From positions 1-64,000 of IMG/VR virus record IMGVR_UViG_3300028549_003076: a DNA stretch of 64,000 nucleotides; one strand, 5' to 3'. Made by a program: the position numbers and the translations under genes. This document shows positions 8,617 to 17,561 of the stretch, piece by piece. Each line of letters begins with the position of its first letter. The first letter of the stretch is position 1. This DNA comes from a virus. The notes under the pieces were generated by a model. The model had not been told where the DNA came from. It made no database searches and was given only the letters and a program-made list of their open reading frames with translations.

Positions 8617-9490
8617 GATGGATAATATTATAAAAAGCATACAAGAAAAAAATGCTGAAAGGGCATTAAACATTTTAAAAGGATTTTCAGAAGTTGATGA
8701 TATTCTTGAAAAAGCAAAAAGTGGAGTTTATGCAGATAATGCAGAAAATCGCAAACTTCAACGTGTTGGTCAAAAGTTTGGTTCAGAAAAAAAGGAAGAT
8801 GAAACATCTGATAAAAAATCTTCAAAACAAGAGGATGATAAAAAATCAGTGAATAAAAAAGTTGATGATAATTCAGACTCAAATAAAAATAATACAAAAC
8901 AAAAACATCAAAAATTTATTGATGAAATTCCTGATGATGAGAAACATGAACAACTTCAAAACTTTATAGATAAAAATCCTAATCCAGAAGATGAAGAAAC
9001 AAAACAACTTGCAAATTCAGCAAAGAGTTGGTTGAAAGAAAATCCTGAATCAGATAATGTTGACCAATCTATGGAGGATAATAAAAAAGTTGAAAAGGAA
9101 GATAAAAAAACACATTCAAAGATTGATAAATTACAATCAACAATAGATGATTTAAAAAATCATACAAATCATCCAAATTCAAGTGATAATGAAAGTAAAA
9201 GTGAAGCTGAGGATAACTTGAACTATATATTAGAGCAGGATTACAAATTAAGTAGTGAGCAACTTTTAGATGCTTTTGAAACTTTTATGGATAATGATTT
9301 AGAATTAGAACATGCTGAATATATTATAAAAAGAGCAAAAGACTCAGGAATAAGTAGAAATAAATTTTTATCATTATTGGAAGACACTACTGAAAATGAC
9401 GAACATTTGGCTAATTTTGAAGCATTGTATGATGATGAAAATGATGACCCAAATGATGAATTTAATAGAGAGCGTGAAAAAGGTCAATAA
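8606..9490 (+). CDS. acidic/charged protein with shared N-terminal leader (possible head-internal protein)
   Basis: LNILKGFSEVDDILEKA is paralogous to the 4304 ORF, with 20 of 21 nt identical over gatgatattcttgaaaa(a/g)gca. An alternative ATG at 8618 gives the same leader length as the 4304 ORF. Confidence 0.6.
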   Translation: MNNKMDNIIKSIQEKNAERALNILKGFSEVDDILEKAKSGVYADNAENRKLQRVGQKFGSEKKEDETSDKKSSKQEDDKKSVNKKVDDNSDSNKNNTKQKHQKFIDEIPDDEKHEQLQNFIDKNPNPEDEETKQLANSAKSWLKENPESDNVDQSMEDNKKVEKEDKKTHSKIDKLQSTIDDLKNHTNHPNSSDNESKSEAEDNLNYILEQDYKLSSEQLLDAFETFMDNDLELEHAEYIIKRAKDSGISRNKFLSLLEDTTENDEHLANFEALYDDENDDPNDEFNREREKGQ

Positions 9491-9506
9491 AATTTAGATT
9501 GTAAAT

Positions 9507-11096
9507 ATGTCAAAAGTCGCACAAGATTTAGAAAAGATTGAATTGCTCCAACAAAAGTTAGGGGTCAAAAAAGGAATATTGTTACAAAAAGCATTATCAT
9601 CTACATCACCAAATGATATATTAAAAGCTCAAAAGGTTTTAGAGGGTGTTGAAAATAGAGAACAAAGTTCAAAAAAATCTTTCATTCTTGACCCATTAGA
9701 TTTTAATCAAGCATTTGGTTATAAAGATAAACCATTTATGATGAGTTATCAGACTTTGAAAAATATGTCAAAGTCACCAATTATAAATGCTATAATAAAG
9801 ACAAGAAAAAATCAAATTGCTGATTTTGCTGAACCACAAAGTGATAGATACTCAACAGGTTTTGTAATTAGAAAAAAACAAAAATTTGGACAAAAACAAA
9901 CTGAACAAGCAATTGAGGAATTAAATAAGATTGAAGAAATAACAGAATTTATTTTAAATTGTGGAGTTAATGAAAATTGGGAAAATGATGACTTTGAAAC
10001 TTTCATTAGAAAAATTGTTGAAGATAGTTTAGTTTATGACCAAATGACTTTTGAAGTTGTTCGTGATTTAAAAGGAAAACCATATGAATTTTTTGCTACT
10101 GATGCTTCAACTTATAGGGTTGCGGATAGTTATAATGATGATGAGTATGTAGGGCGTGAAAGACAACAAATAAAAGGATATTTTCCATCATACGTACAAG
10201 TTTATCAAGGTCAAATAAAAAATGAGTTTTATCCTTGGGAATTATGTTTTGGAATAAGAAACCCATCAACCAGTATTTACAATGTAGGTTATGGAGTATC
10301 AGAACTTGAAGAACTTGTAACAACAATAACATCTATGTTATGGGCTGAGGAGTATAATCGTAAATTTTTCAGTCAAGGTTCAGCACCAAAAGGTTTGTTA
10401 AAAATAAAATCAGGTCAAGTATCAGAAAAACAATTATCAGCATTTAGACAAGAATGGAATGCAATGATTCAAGGAGTTTCAAATTCTTGGAAGACACCTG
10501 TTGTTGAAGGAGATATAGATTGGATTGATTTACAAAAGAATAATCGTGATATGGAATATAATCAGTGGATGGAGTTTTTAATAAAAATTTCTTGTGCTGT
10601 TTATAATATTGACCCAAATGAAATAGGTTTCAACATAAATTCTGGAAATAGTAAAGAAATCTTTGAAAGTAATAATGAAGGAAAATTAAAACATTCAAAA
10701 GACAAAGGGTTGTATCCTTTATTGAAATTCATTCAAAGAAAAATAAATAAATACATTGTAAACCAACTTGACCCAAACTATGAGTTTTTGTTTGTAGGTT
10801 TAAATGGAATGACTTTACAAGAGGAACTTGAAATGGATATTAAAAAATCATCATCACTTTATACAGTTAATGAGATACGCAAGTCAAGAGGTGATGATAA
10901 AATAGATGGAGGAGACATTATACTCAACCCTACTTTTACCCAATCTAAAATGATGGCAGAACAAGCTGCTCAGCAAGGTGATATGGGTTCAGGAGAAGAT
11001 GATTTTGATATCAATCCATTCTTGATGGATGATGAAGATGTTGAAGAAGATGATAATCCATTCTTGAAATCATTTTTAAATAATATTAAAAAGTAA
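9507..11096 (+). CDS. portal protein
   Basis: 529 aa. The core GVSELEELVTTITSMLWAEEYNRKFFSQGSAPKGLLKIK...LSAFRQEW...GVSNSWKTPVVEG..DWIDLQ..NRDMEYNQW..FLIKISCAVYNIDPNEIGF fits the HK97/SPP1-type portal pattern. Acidic C-terminus. Confidence 0.85.
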   Translation: MSKVAQDLEKIELLQQKLGVKKGILLQKALSSTSPNDILKAQKVLEGVENREQSSKKSFILDPLDFNQAFGYKDKPFMMSYQTLKNMSKSPIINAIIKTRKNQIADFAEPQSDRYSTGFVIRKKQKFGQKQTEQAIEELNKIEEITEFILNCGVNENWENDDFETFIRKIVEDSLVYDQMTFEVVRDLKGKPYEFFATDASTYRVADSYNDDEYVGRERQQIKGYFPSYVQVYQGQIKNEFYPWELCFGIRNPSTSIYNVGYGVSELEELVTTITSMLWAEEYNRKFFSQGSAPKGLLKIKSGQVSEKQLSAFRQEWNAMIQGVSNSWKTPVVEGDIDWIDLQKNNRDMEYNQWMEFLIKISCAVYNIDPNEIGFNINSGNSKEIFESNNEGKLKHSKDKGLYPLLKFIQRKINKYIVNQLDPNYEFLFVGLNGMTLQEELEMDIKKSSSLYTVNEIRKSRGDDKIDGGDIILNPTFTQSKMMAEQAAQQGDMGSGEDDFDINPFLMDDEDVEEDDNPFLKSFLNNIKK

Positions 11097-11100
11097 AAAG

Positions 11101-12975
11101 ATGACTGAAGAACAAATTAGAGGAACAAAAAATTTAGGTTTAATTCAAGCAATTCATGCTGGAACAAGTCCACCATTGAATACAAAGATAATTTGGTATG
11201 ATGATAATTTAGGTCAAAAAATACACAAATATTATAAAGTAGAAATTTCACAATGGGTACCATTTGGAGGTAGTGGTTCAATAACTATTAATGGACATTA
11301 TGTTTATATTGCTTATTCAAGTAATTGTTCTGGTGCTGATTTTGATTTAGATTTTGATTCACAAATACATAAATATTGCTCAATTCATTCATCAGTAACA
11401 GCAATACCTGTACAAAATGTAAATAATGAACTTTTTGAAGGAAGATGGATACCATTATGTTCTTTATCAAAAGGTGGTAATTATACATACATTGCATTTG
11501 CTGATAATTCTAATGGAGATAATTTTTCATTAGAGCCAACATATGAAGTAGATTGTGCAAAATGTGATTATGTTGATTTGATGACAAGTCAATCTGAGAA
11601 TTTAAGTTTTGTTAAAAATCAAGATGGTTTTAATGTTACTATACAAAATTTAGTTACTCCAACAACTTTGGAAATTGATTTATCTATTTTAGGTGAATTA
11701 TTACAAATAAATGAAGAACATTGTATTGAATTACAAATACCTATTTTAAGATTCAATTTTAATCTATCTATGGATTCAAATGAGGCAATAGGGTATCAAG
11801 TTGTTCCAAATGGATTTTCTCAAATTTTAAATTTCAAATTAACAAATAAGGATTCAAAATTATACATAAATTTAACAGACAAAGCATTTGTTGATAGTTT
11901 TGAGTTTTTTATAAAAATAGGCACATCAGGTTGTTGTTCAAAAGAAACTACTGAAAAATGTTTTGAATGCAGAACATGTATTGGAATAATTACTTCAACA
12001 GCTCCTATTGTTGATTTAATAAAAGAACACTTTGAAGGAAAATGGTTTTGTGTTTGTTGTGACAAAGGAAGTGATAATTCAGCTGAATTAGATAGTATTA
12101 AAAATTTGATTAATAATATCTATGAAAATCAACAACTGATAAATACAAGCAATTCTGTATCAATTCAAAATTTAACAAATCAAATACAGAATTTGAATCA
12201 ACAAATTCAAGATTATTATTCAAACACAAATCAAAGTTTGAATAGTTTTTATAATCAAATACAACAAATAGTAAATAATCAAAATAATATTATTGATGAT
12301 TATTATAATGTTTTACAAGAACAAAATACTATTATTCAAAATTTCATTGATGAATATAATAATCAAAATCCTATTGTTCAACAAGGAGTTTGTAAAGTTT
12401 TTGGAAATTTAGATTTTAGTTGGGGTGGTGGTGATAAAAAAGATGAAAATGTTTTAAGAAGTGTTGTAATTGATGATGAAGATGGAGTACAAAGTCATAT
12501 TTTAAGAGTTTTTAATTTAATAATAAAAATACCTTATTGGAATGAAATATCAAAATATGAGCCAATATTACTCATTGACAGATATAAAAGAAAAGGAAGT
12601 CTTGGTTCAAATAGACGATTAAAATCAGGATTCAAACATGAAACAAACGACAGTGCTGATTTGAGCGGTAGAATTTCTGAACTTCAAATATCACAAAGTA
12701 TTAATTATTTGAATTTCATACAAGAAAAATATTTTGGATATGTTAATGGAAAATCATTTTCAAAAGGTATGGGCTCAAGAAATAAAGGAAATTCAAATAC
12801 TTGGTTTCAAGATGAAAATGATAAACGTGGAAAAAAATTATTTTCTGAAGCATATGTTTATTTGAGTTTCAGATTGAGATTGAAAATAAGTAATGAAGAA
12901 ACTATTGAAACAGGAAGTTTAGGAATATTAAAGATGTATATATTGAATGGTAAAATAACTTACAAAATTCAATAA
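11101..12975 (+). CDS. fibre-like virion protein with repeated Y-x-Y-I-A-[YF] modules and Asn/Gln-rich coiled coil
   Basis: 624 aa. Modules YVYIAYSSNCSGADFDL...LFEGRWIPLC, YTYIAFADNSNGDNFSL and ...HFEGKWFCVC. Central region NQIQNLNQQIQDYYSNTNQSLNSFYNQIQQIVNNQNN. Confidence 0.5.
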   Translation: MTEEQIRGTKNLGLIQAIHAGTSPPLNTKIIWYDDNLGQKIHKYYKVEISQWVPFGGSGSITINGHYVYIAYSSNCSGADFDLDFDSQIHKYCSIHSSVTAIPVQNVNNELFEGRWIPLCSLSKGGNYTYIAFADNSNGDNFSLEPTYEVDCAKCDYVDLMTSQSENLSFVKNQDGFNVTIQNLVTPTTLEIDLSILGELLQINEEHCIELQIPILRFNFNLSMDSNEAIGYQVVPNGFSQILNFKLTNKDSKLYINLTDKAFVDSFEFFIKIGTSGCCSKETTEKCFECRTCIGIITSTAPIVDLIKEHFEGKWFCVCCDKGSDNSAELDSIKNLINNIYENQQLINTSNSVSIQNLTNQIQNLNQQIQDYYSNTNQSLNSFYNQIQQIVNNQNNIIDDYYNVLQEQNTIIQNFIDEYNNQNPIVQQGVCKVFGNLDFSWGGGDKKDENVLRSVVIDDEDGVQSHILRVFNLIIKIPYWNEISKYEPILLIDRYKRKGSLGSNRRLKSGFKHETNDSADLSGRISELQISQSINYLNFIQEKYFGYVNGKSFSKGMGSRNKGNSNTWFQDENDKRGKKLFSEAYVYLSFRLRLKISNEETIETGSLGILKMYILNGKITYKIQ

Positions 12976-12982
12976 CAGTAAA

Positions 12983-13087
12983 TTGAGGGAAGAGTATAAC
13001 AGAATTTGTGAAAATGTTCATAAGATTTGTATAACAAAACTTTTAAAAATAAAGAGATTTGTATAACTCATCCTTCAATTTTTTATT
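12983..13087 (+). promoter_or_regulatory. structured intergenic element (long imperfect stem + T run, internal direct repeats)
   Basis: 12983-12995 ttgagggaagagt pairs with 13066-13078 actcatccttcaa (one mismatch, one G-U), followed by tttttt. The 13-nt repeat agatttgtataac occurs at 13023-13035 and 13055-13067. Confidence 0.35.
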
Positions 13088-13112
13088 AGAAATCTAAAAC
13101 TATAAATAAAAT

Positions 13113-13122
13113 GAAGTATTAA
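13113..13122 (+). promoter_or_regulatory. variant of the AAGTAT(T/A)A box
   Basis: gaagtattaa, 47 nt upstream of the ATG at 13160. Confidence 0.25.
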
Positions 13123-13159
13123 AAAATTAATTAACAAAAATTTTAAAAAATTATTCAAG

Positions 13160-13483
13160 ATGTGTAAAAAATGTAAAGATTGTAATTGTGGTAATTTTAC
13201 CTATATAGGTTTTGCTACTGATTCAACAGGGTCAAATTTTAATTTGAACAGAACAACAGGAGGTATTAAAAGATGTTTTCAAGCAACAATTACATCACCA
13301 ACTGAATTAGATGTAAATAATACTTTGTTTAAAAATTATTTTTTTCAAAGATGGATTAATATTTGTAAACCAAATTTTACATTAGATAGTATTGACCCAA
13401 AATGTATAACTACAAAAAATGTATGGAGTGTTTTGTCTGATGAACAAAGAATTCAACTTTTAGTTGATGAAATTTGTAAATAA
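13160..13483 (+). CDS. hypothetical protein carrying one copy of the fibre-protein repeat module
   Basis: FTYIGFATDSTGSNFNL......LFKNYFFQRWINIC parallels the modules in the 11101 ORF. Confidence 0.55.
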   Translation: MCKKCKDCNCGNFTYIGFATDSTGSNFNLNRTTGGIKRCFQATITSPTELDVNNTLFKNYFFQRWINICKPNFTLDSIDPKCITTKNVWSVLSDEQRIQLLVDEICK

Positions 13484-13588
13484 AATCTTGCATGAATTGT
13501 ACAGGCTCAAGTTCAACATCAGCAAGTGGTTCAGATGGAAATGGAATAGGTGGAAGTTTAATTGATGAAATGGTAAACAGATAAAATC

Positions 13589-14056
13589 ATGTTAACAACA
13601 AATCAAACAATAAAAAAGTATGGCCAACCACATTTGACTGGCCACCCTTATTTAGTAACAATTAATTTACCATATCCTATGCGACTTGCTTGGGATACAA
13701 AATCAACTGTTACAAGAATGTCTTGTCATAAATTAGTTGCTAAAAATTTTGAATTAGTTTTCAAAGATTTATTAGCACACTATGGATTAAAAAAAATACA
13801 AGAATTAGGAATTGACTTATTTGGAGGATGTTTTAATTTTCGTAAAATGCGTGGTGGAAGTGCTTGGAGTAAACATTCTTGGGGAATTGCTATTGACCTT
13901 GATCCTGCCAGAAATACATTAAAAGAAACTTCAAGAACAGCAAGATTTGCAAGACCAGAATATAAACCAATGATTGATATTTTTTATAAACACGGATTTA
14001 TATCATTAGGTGTTGAAAAAAATTATGATTGGATGCACTTTGAAATAAAAGAATAA
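13589..14056 (+). CDS. endolysin, peptidase M15 family (Zn D-Ala-D-Ala/L-Ala-D-Glu peptidase type)
   Basis: [13 protein letters not shown] and DWMHFE give the H..D...H zinc-ligand pattern of M15 peptidases. It heads a cluster of membrane-protein genes. Confidence 0.8.
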   Translation: MLTTNQTIKKYGQPHLTGHPYLVTINLPYPMRLAWDTKSTVTRMSCHKLVAKNFELVFKDLLAHYGLKKIQELGIDLFGGCFNFRKMRGGSAWSKHSWGIAIDLDPARNTLKETSRTARFARPEYKPMIDIFYKHGFISLGVEKNYDWMHFEIKE

Positions 14057-14376
14057 TGAAATATAAAAAATACATACAAACCATTCCATTTATAATATTA
14101 TTAGGAAATTTCATTTATTCAGTAATTATTTATAATTATTGTTCTGAAAATGTTTCTATGGTTTTAGGTCAAATTTTCTCATTCTCCTTATTGACAAATA
14201 TTGAAAGAACATATTATGTTTTTAAATTCAAATTTTGTTTGTATTCAAAGATTGCTAATGTAGGTTTACACCTATTAATACTATTAAATTTGATATACTG
14301 CTCAACTAATTTAATTGATGATTATTATTTTAATCTTTATGATAAAATAATTTGCTCAATTTTTTTTGTTTTTTAG
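14056..14376 (+). CDS. small multi-pass membrane protein
   Basis: 106 aa, mostly hydrophobic segments, inside the lysis cluster. Confidence 0.55.
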   Translation: MKYKKYIQTIPFIILLGNFIYSVIIYNYCSENVSMVLGQIFSFSLLTNIERTYYVFKFKFCLYSKIANVGLHLLILLNLIYCSTNLIDDYYFNLYDKIICSIFFVF

Positions 14377-14423
14377 TGTATTATTTATGAGTAGTAATTT
14401 GAATAAAAGATTTAACAAAAATT

Positions 14424-15047
14424 ATGATAACTAAAATTATGTTTTCGCTATTACAAAAATCATTAATTTACAAAAATGGTAGTTTGTTTACTTTAAGTTT
14501 TATGGGTGCAATATCTTTTGATTTCATCATAAAAGAAATGATAAAAGGAATTGAATTGAAAAGATTGTATCTTTCAGTAACAATTGGAGCAGTAGGTTTT
14601 TTAATTTATTTATTATTTTCAATAATTGACTTCATAACAGGTATGCAAGCAGCAAAACAAGAAACTCAAACATCTGGTAAAGTTTTTGTTCCAAAGTCAA
14701 AAATGATGTACAGAACACTTTGGAAAATTACAGGACTTACACTTTTGATAGTATTATTAACAATGTTATTATTAGTAGTTCAAATTGGACAAATGGATTG
14801 GCTATATAAACCTGTTATTTTATCATTATTAATATTGATATTTTTAGGTTGTGGATTTGAATTTCATAGTATAGGAGAAAATATTGAAAGACGTTCAGGC
14901 AAACGTCCTGAAATATTCAAATTCTGGGAAAGGTTGTTATCAACTATTGAAAAAAGAATAATGAAAAACATAAATGATGCAGTTTGTCCAACTGATGAAG
15001 ATTTAAAAGATAAAAACAATAAAGATGAACCAACTGAACAAAATTAA
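14424..15047 (+). CDS. holin-like membrane protein
   Basis: About four hydrophobic segments. IIDFITGMQAAKQE resembles the D.iTG..aA motif of the phage_holin_4-type family. Charged C-terminal tail. Confidence 0.5.
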   Translation: MITKIMFSLLQKSLIYKNGSLFTLSFMGAISFDFIIKEMIKGIELKRLYLSVTIGAVGFLIYLLFSIIDFITGMQAAKQETQTSGKVFVPKSKMMYRTLWKITGLTLLIVLLTMLLLVVQIGQMDWLYKPVILSLLILIFLGCGFEFHSIGENIERRSGKRPEIFKFWERLLSTIEKRIMKNINDAVCPTDEDLKDKNNKDEPTEQN

Positions 15048-15426
15048 AGATTTTATAAGTTTGAACAAAGTAGTTTTGATAATCATAGTTATATCCTTAA
15101 TAACTATGATTTTTCAACATTATAGTAATAACAATATTGAAAAACTTATAAAAAAAGAAGTCAAGAATTTGAAGGAAGAGAAAAAATCATTATTAAAAAA
15201 TGAAAAGCAAAATTTCTTAAAAATTGATTCAATAAATTCAAAAATTGATTCAATAAAAATTCAAAAATTAAAAATAATTGAAAATAATTATTTTACAAAA
15301 GAAATTATAAACAATAAATTAAAAAAAGATGAAGAAATTAGTAATTATTCTAATATTAATATTGACACCTTGCAAAAGTTTTTGTCAGAATATAGACATA
15401 AACCTTACAAAAGAACAAGCAATTGA
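15025..15426 (+). CDS. i-spanin-like protein (N-terminal TM + coiled coil)
   Basis: N-terminal hydrophobic segment VVLIIIVISLITMIF followed by a Lys/Glu-rich heptad-like region. Follows the holin-like gene. Confidence 0.45.
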   Translation: MNQLNKIKDFISLNKVVLIIIVISLITMIFQHYSNNNIEKLIKKEVKNLKEEKKSLLKNEKQNFLKIDSINSKIDSIKIQKLKIIENNYFTKEIINNKLKKDEEISNYSNINIDTLQKFLSEYRHKPYKRTSN

Positions 15427-15760
15427 GATTTACAAAGGTTTAAAACAAAATGAAAATTTAAAGGAACTTTGTAATTTACTTGAAAAAAAGATACAAGATT
15501 TTGAAAAATTAAATGATTTGAATAATCTTGAAATAAAATCTTTAAATGAAAAAGTAGAAACATACAAGGAAATCATTTCAGATAAAAATAAATTTATTGA
15601 GAATCAATCAAAATTGAATGAAATAGAAATTGCTCAAGTAAAAGATAAGGTTAATAAAAGATTTGGATTTGGCCCAAGTTTTTCATATGGTTTTGACTCA
15701 AATTTTAAACCAAATTTTTATTTAGGAATAAGTTTATCATATCAAATATTTAGATTTTGA
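15329..15760 (+). CDS. o-spanin-like secreted/lipoprotein candidate, start embedded in the i-spanin-like gene
   Basis: Signal-like MKKLVIILILILTPCKSFCQ. Overlaps 15025-15426 by 98 nt in another frame (Rz/Rz1-like overlapped layout). Unusually long at 143 aa. Confidence 0.4.
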   Translation: MKKLVIILILILTPCKSFCQNIDINLTKEQAIEIYKGLKQNENLKELCNLLEKKIQDFEKLNDLNNLEIKSLNEKVETYKEIISDKNKFIENQSKLNEIEIAQVKDKVNKRFGFGPSFSYGFDSNFKPNFYLGISLSYQIFRF

Positions 15761-15984
15761 AAAAAGGAGAACAAGATTTGAAACAAAAGGAAAATAATAA
15801 AATTCTAAAACAGAATGATGCAATTCTGAATACATTTATTTCTGAAAAGCAAAAAAGACATGTGAAGGAACCGCAAGAAAAAATATTCAAAAATTTAAAC
15901 AATAAATTTATTGAAAATTATGGTAAATTAGTTGTAGCAAAAACTACAAAAGAAATAATGAAATTTTCAAAAGATGGAATTTAA
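15757..15984 (+). CDS. hypothetical protein (non-ATG start)
   Basis: Only TTG starts are available (15757 or 15778, the latter 6 nt after aaggag). No motif recognised. Confidence 0.35.
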   Translation: MKKGEQDLKQKENNKILKQNDAILNTFISEKQKRHVKEPQEKIFKNLNNKFIENYGKLVVAKTTKEIMKFSKDGI

Positions 15985-16876
15985 TTTTTATCAAATATCT
16001 AAAATAATTGAGATTTTTTCAAAAAATCAAGCACTATTTATTGGTTCAACAATAGGTTTGGACTACTTAACAGATTATGATAAATTTATACTAAAATTGA
16101 ACGGAATTGATTTAGAAAATATACAACAATTGAATGATATTCAAAGAATGTTTTATTTTGGAATTTATTCAGGAATGTTGGGTGGTAATAATGCTTTCAA
16201 GAAAAAACAAGATGATTTTGAAGAATGGTTAAAAATTGAAATGAATAGACCATTATCATTTCAAAAAAAGAAAGCACTTGATTTCATTAAATTAAGAGCA
16301 TTTAATGATATATCAGGATTAGGCAATAAGATTGTTGGTAAATTGAATAATAAGATATTAACAGCAAATTTAGCCACTCAAAACAGGTTGAGAAATGATA
16401 TAAAGAAAAAAACTATTGAAGCATTTAATGAAAATAAAAATGCTCAACAATTAGCATCTATATTAAGAGAATTAACAGGAGATTGGGCAAGAGATTTTTC
16501 AAGAATTGCTGATTATGTTCTACAAGAAGCATATGCTCATGGAAGAATGGAGCAAATAAAAGAAATGTATGGTGATGATTGTAAAGTTTATAAACAAACA
16601 TTTCCAGGAGTTTGTAAACATTGTGAAAAAAATTATGGTAGTCCTGGTGAGGAACCAATAATATATACTGTTGATGAGTTATTAGCAAATGGTGATAATA
16701 TAGGAAGAAGTGAGCAATTACCAGTTGTTGGCCCAGCACATCCATGGGCACGCTCAATACTACACCCTATTCCAGAAGGATATATTTGGAGTGATGAAAT
16801 GAAAAGATTTGTTCCATCAAGACAAACTCATGGAGTAAAAAGAAATAGCAAAGTTAAGGTTACTATAACGGAATAA
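15974..16876 (+). CDS. MuF / SPP1 gp7-like minor head (head morphogenesis) protein
   Basis: 300 aa. DWARDFSRIADYVLQEAYAHGR, a Cys pair GVCKHCEKNYG, and PVVGPAHPWARSILHPIP where the H.NCRC-type motif of the family sits. Lies in the head-gene neighbourhood. Confidence 0.6.
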   Translation: MEFNFYQISKIIEIFSKNQALFIGSTIGLDYLTDYDKFILKLNGIDLENIQQLNDIQRMFYFGIYSGMLGGNNAFKKKQDDFEEWLKIEMNRPLSFQKKKALDFIKLRAFNDISGLGNKIVGKLNNKILTANLATQNRLRNDIKKKTIEAFNENKNAQQLASILRELTGDWARDFSRIADYVLQEAYAHGRMEQIKEMYGDDCKVYKQTFPGVCKHCEKNYGSPGEEPIIYTVDELLANGDNIGRSEQLPVVGPAHPWARSILHPIPEGYIWSDEMKRFVPSRQTHGVKRNSKVKVTITE

Positions 16877-16886
16877 ATTTTATATA

Positions 16887-17561
16887 ATGGACAAAAAGAA
16901 AAAAGTGTTGTTAATTCAACCACATTCGGATGATATTCTATTTTCAGCAAGTAAATTTTTATTTGAAAGTAGAAATTATAAAAAAGTAAAAATGCTGACT
17001 GTTGAAAATGTTAGTGAAAAAAGATTAGAGGAAGATGTTGAATTGTGTAAACATTTTAATATTGATTTATTATTATTAGATACTAAAATTTCATCTGAAG
17101 ATTTTCACAAAGAGTATTATTCACAATATAAAGAAATGGATGATGTTGATTGTTTAAATTTTTGTAAAAAGAAAATAGGTTCAAAAAATATAAATAAACT
17201 TGCAAAGGAATTAATAAAAACAATCAACAAACATAAAGAAAATGGTTATTTAATTGTTTCTTGTCTTGGAGTTGGACATCCATTTCATTGGTTAGTAAAT
17301 TTTTTAACAGCTGATTATTCAGATTTATTTTACAGAGATTTTCCTCATTCTTTTAAAAGAAGGAATCAAAACTATTTCAATTTTGTAACTGAGAATGAAT
17401 TTGATTTAGATTTTAATCATTTTGAGGATAAAGAACATTCTGAAAAATTTGAATTGATTTCAAAGTTTTATAAGTCACAAAAGTCATTATTATTTTTTGA
17501 AAAAAGATATATTGACAAGAAACTACCAGAACAATTTTTTAAAAAGAAAAAAGATGAGTAA
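16887..17561 (+). CDS. PIG-L/LmbE-family deacetylase
   Basis: VLLIQPHSDDILFSA matches the (A/P)HPDDE motif region. A second His motif, GVGHPFHW, is present. Confidence 0.7.
   Translation: MDKKKKVLLIQPHSDDILFSASKFLFESRNYKKVKMLTVENVSEKRLEEDVELCKHFNIDLLLLDTKISSEDFHKEYYSQYKEMDDVDCLNFCKKKIGSKNINKLAKELIKTINKHKENGYLIVSCLGVGHPFHWLVNFLTADYSDLFYRDFPHSFKRRNQNYFNFVTENEFDLDFNHFEDKEHSEKFELISKFYKSQKSLLFFEKRYIDKKLPEQFFKKKKDE

Noticed and set aside
13492-13584. 30-codon Gly/Ser-rich ORF ([30 protein letters not shown]) in the gap before the endolysin
   Set aside because: Too short, low complexity, not in frame with either neighbour, and without a recognisable start context. It cannot be supported from sequence alone.
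15700-15760. C-terminus ...LGISLSYQIFRF of the o-spanin-like protein as an outer-membrane beta-barrel targeting signal
   Set aside because: It ends in Phe and is aromatic-rich, but the alternating hydrophobic pattern of a true beta-signal is not met. I mention it only as a curiosity.
15757-15984. The 75-aa TTG-start ORF as an N-terminal extension of the MuF-like gene via a +1 shift
   Set aside because: The frames differ and the overlap is only 11 nt, but there is no slippery sequence or homology to argue for fusion. I left them as separate ORFs.
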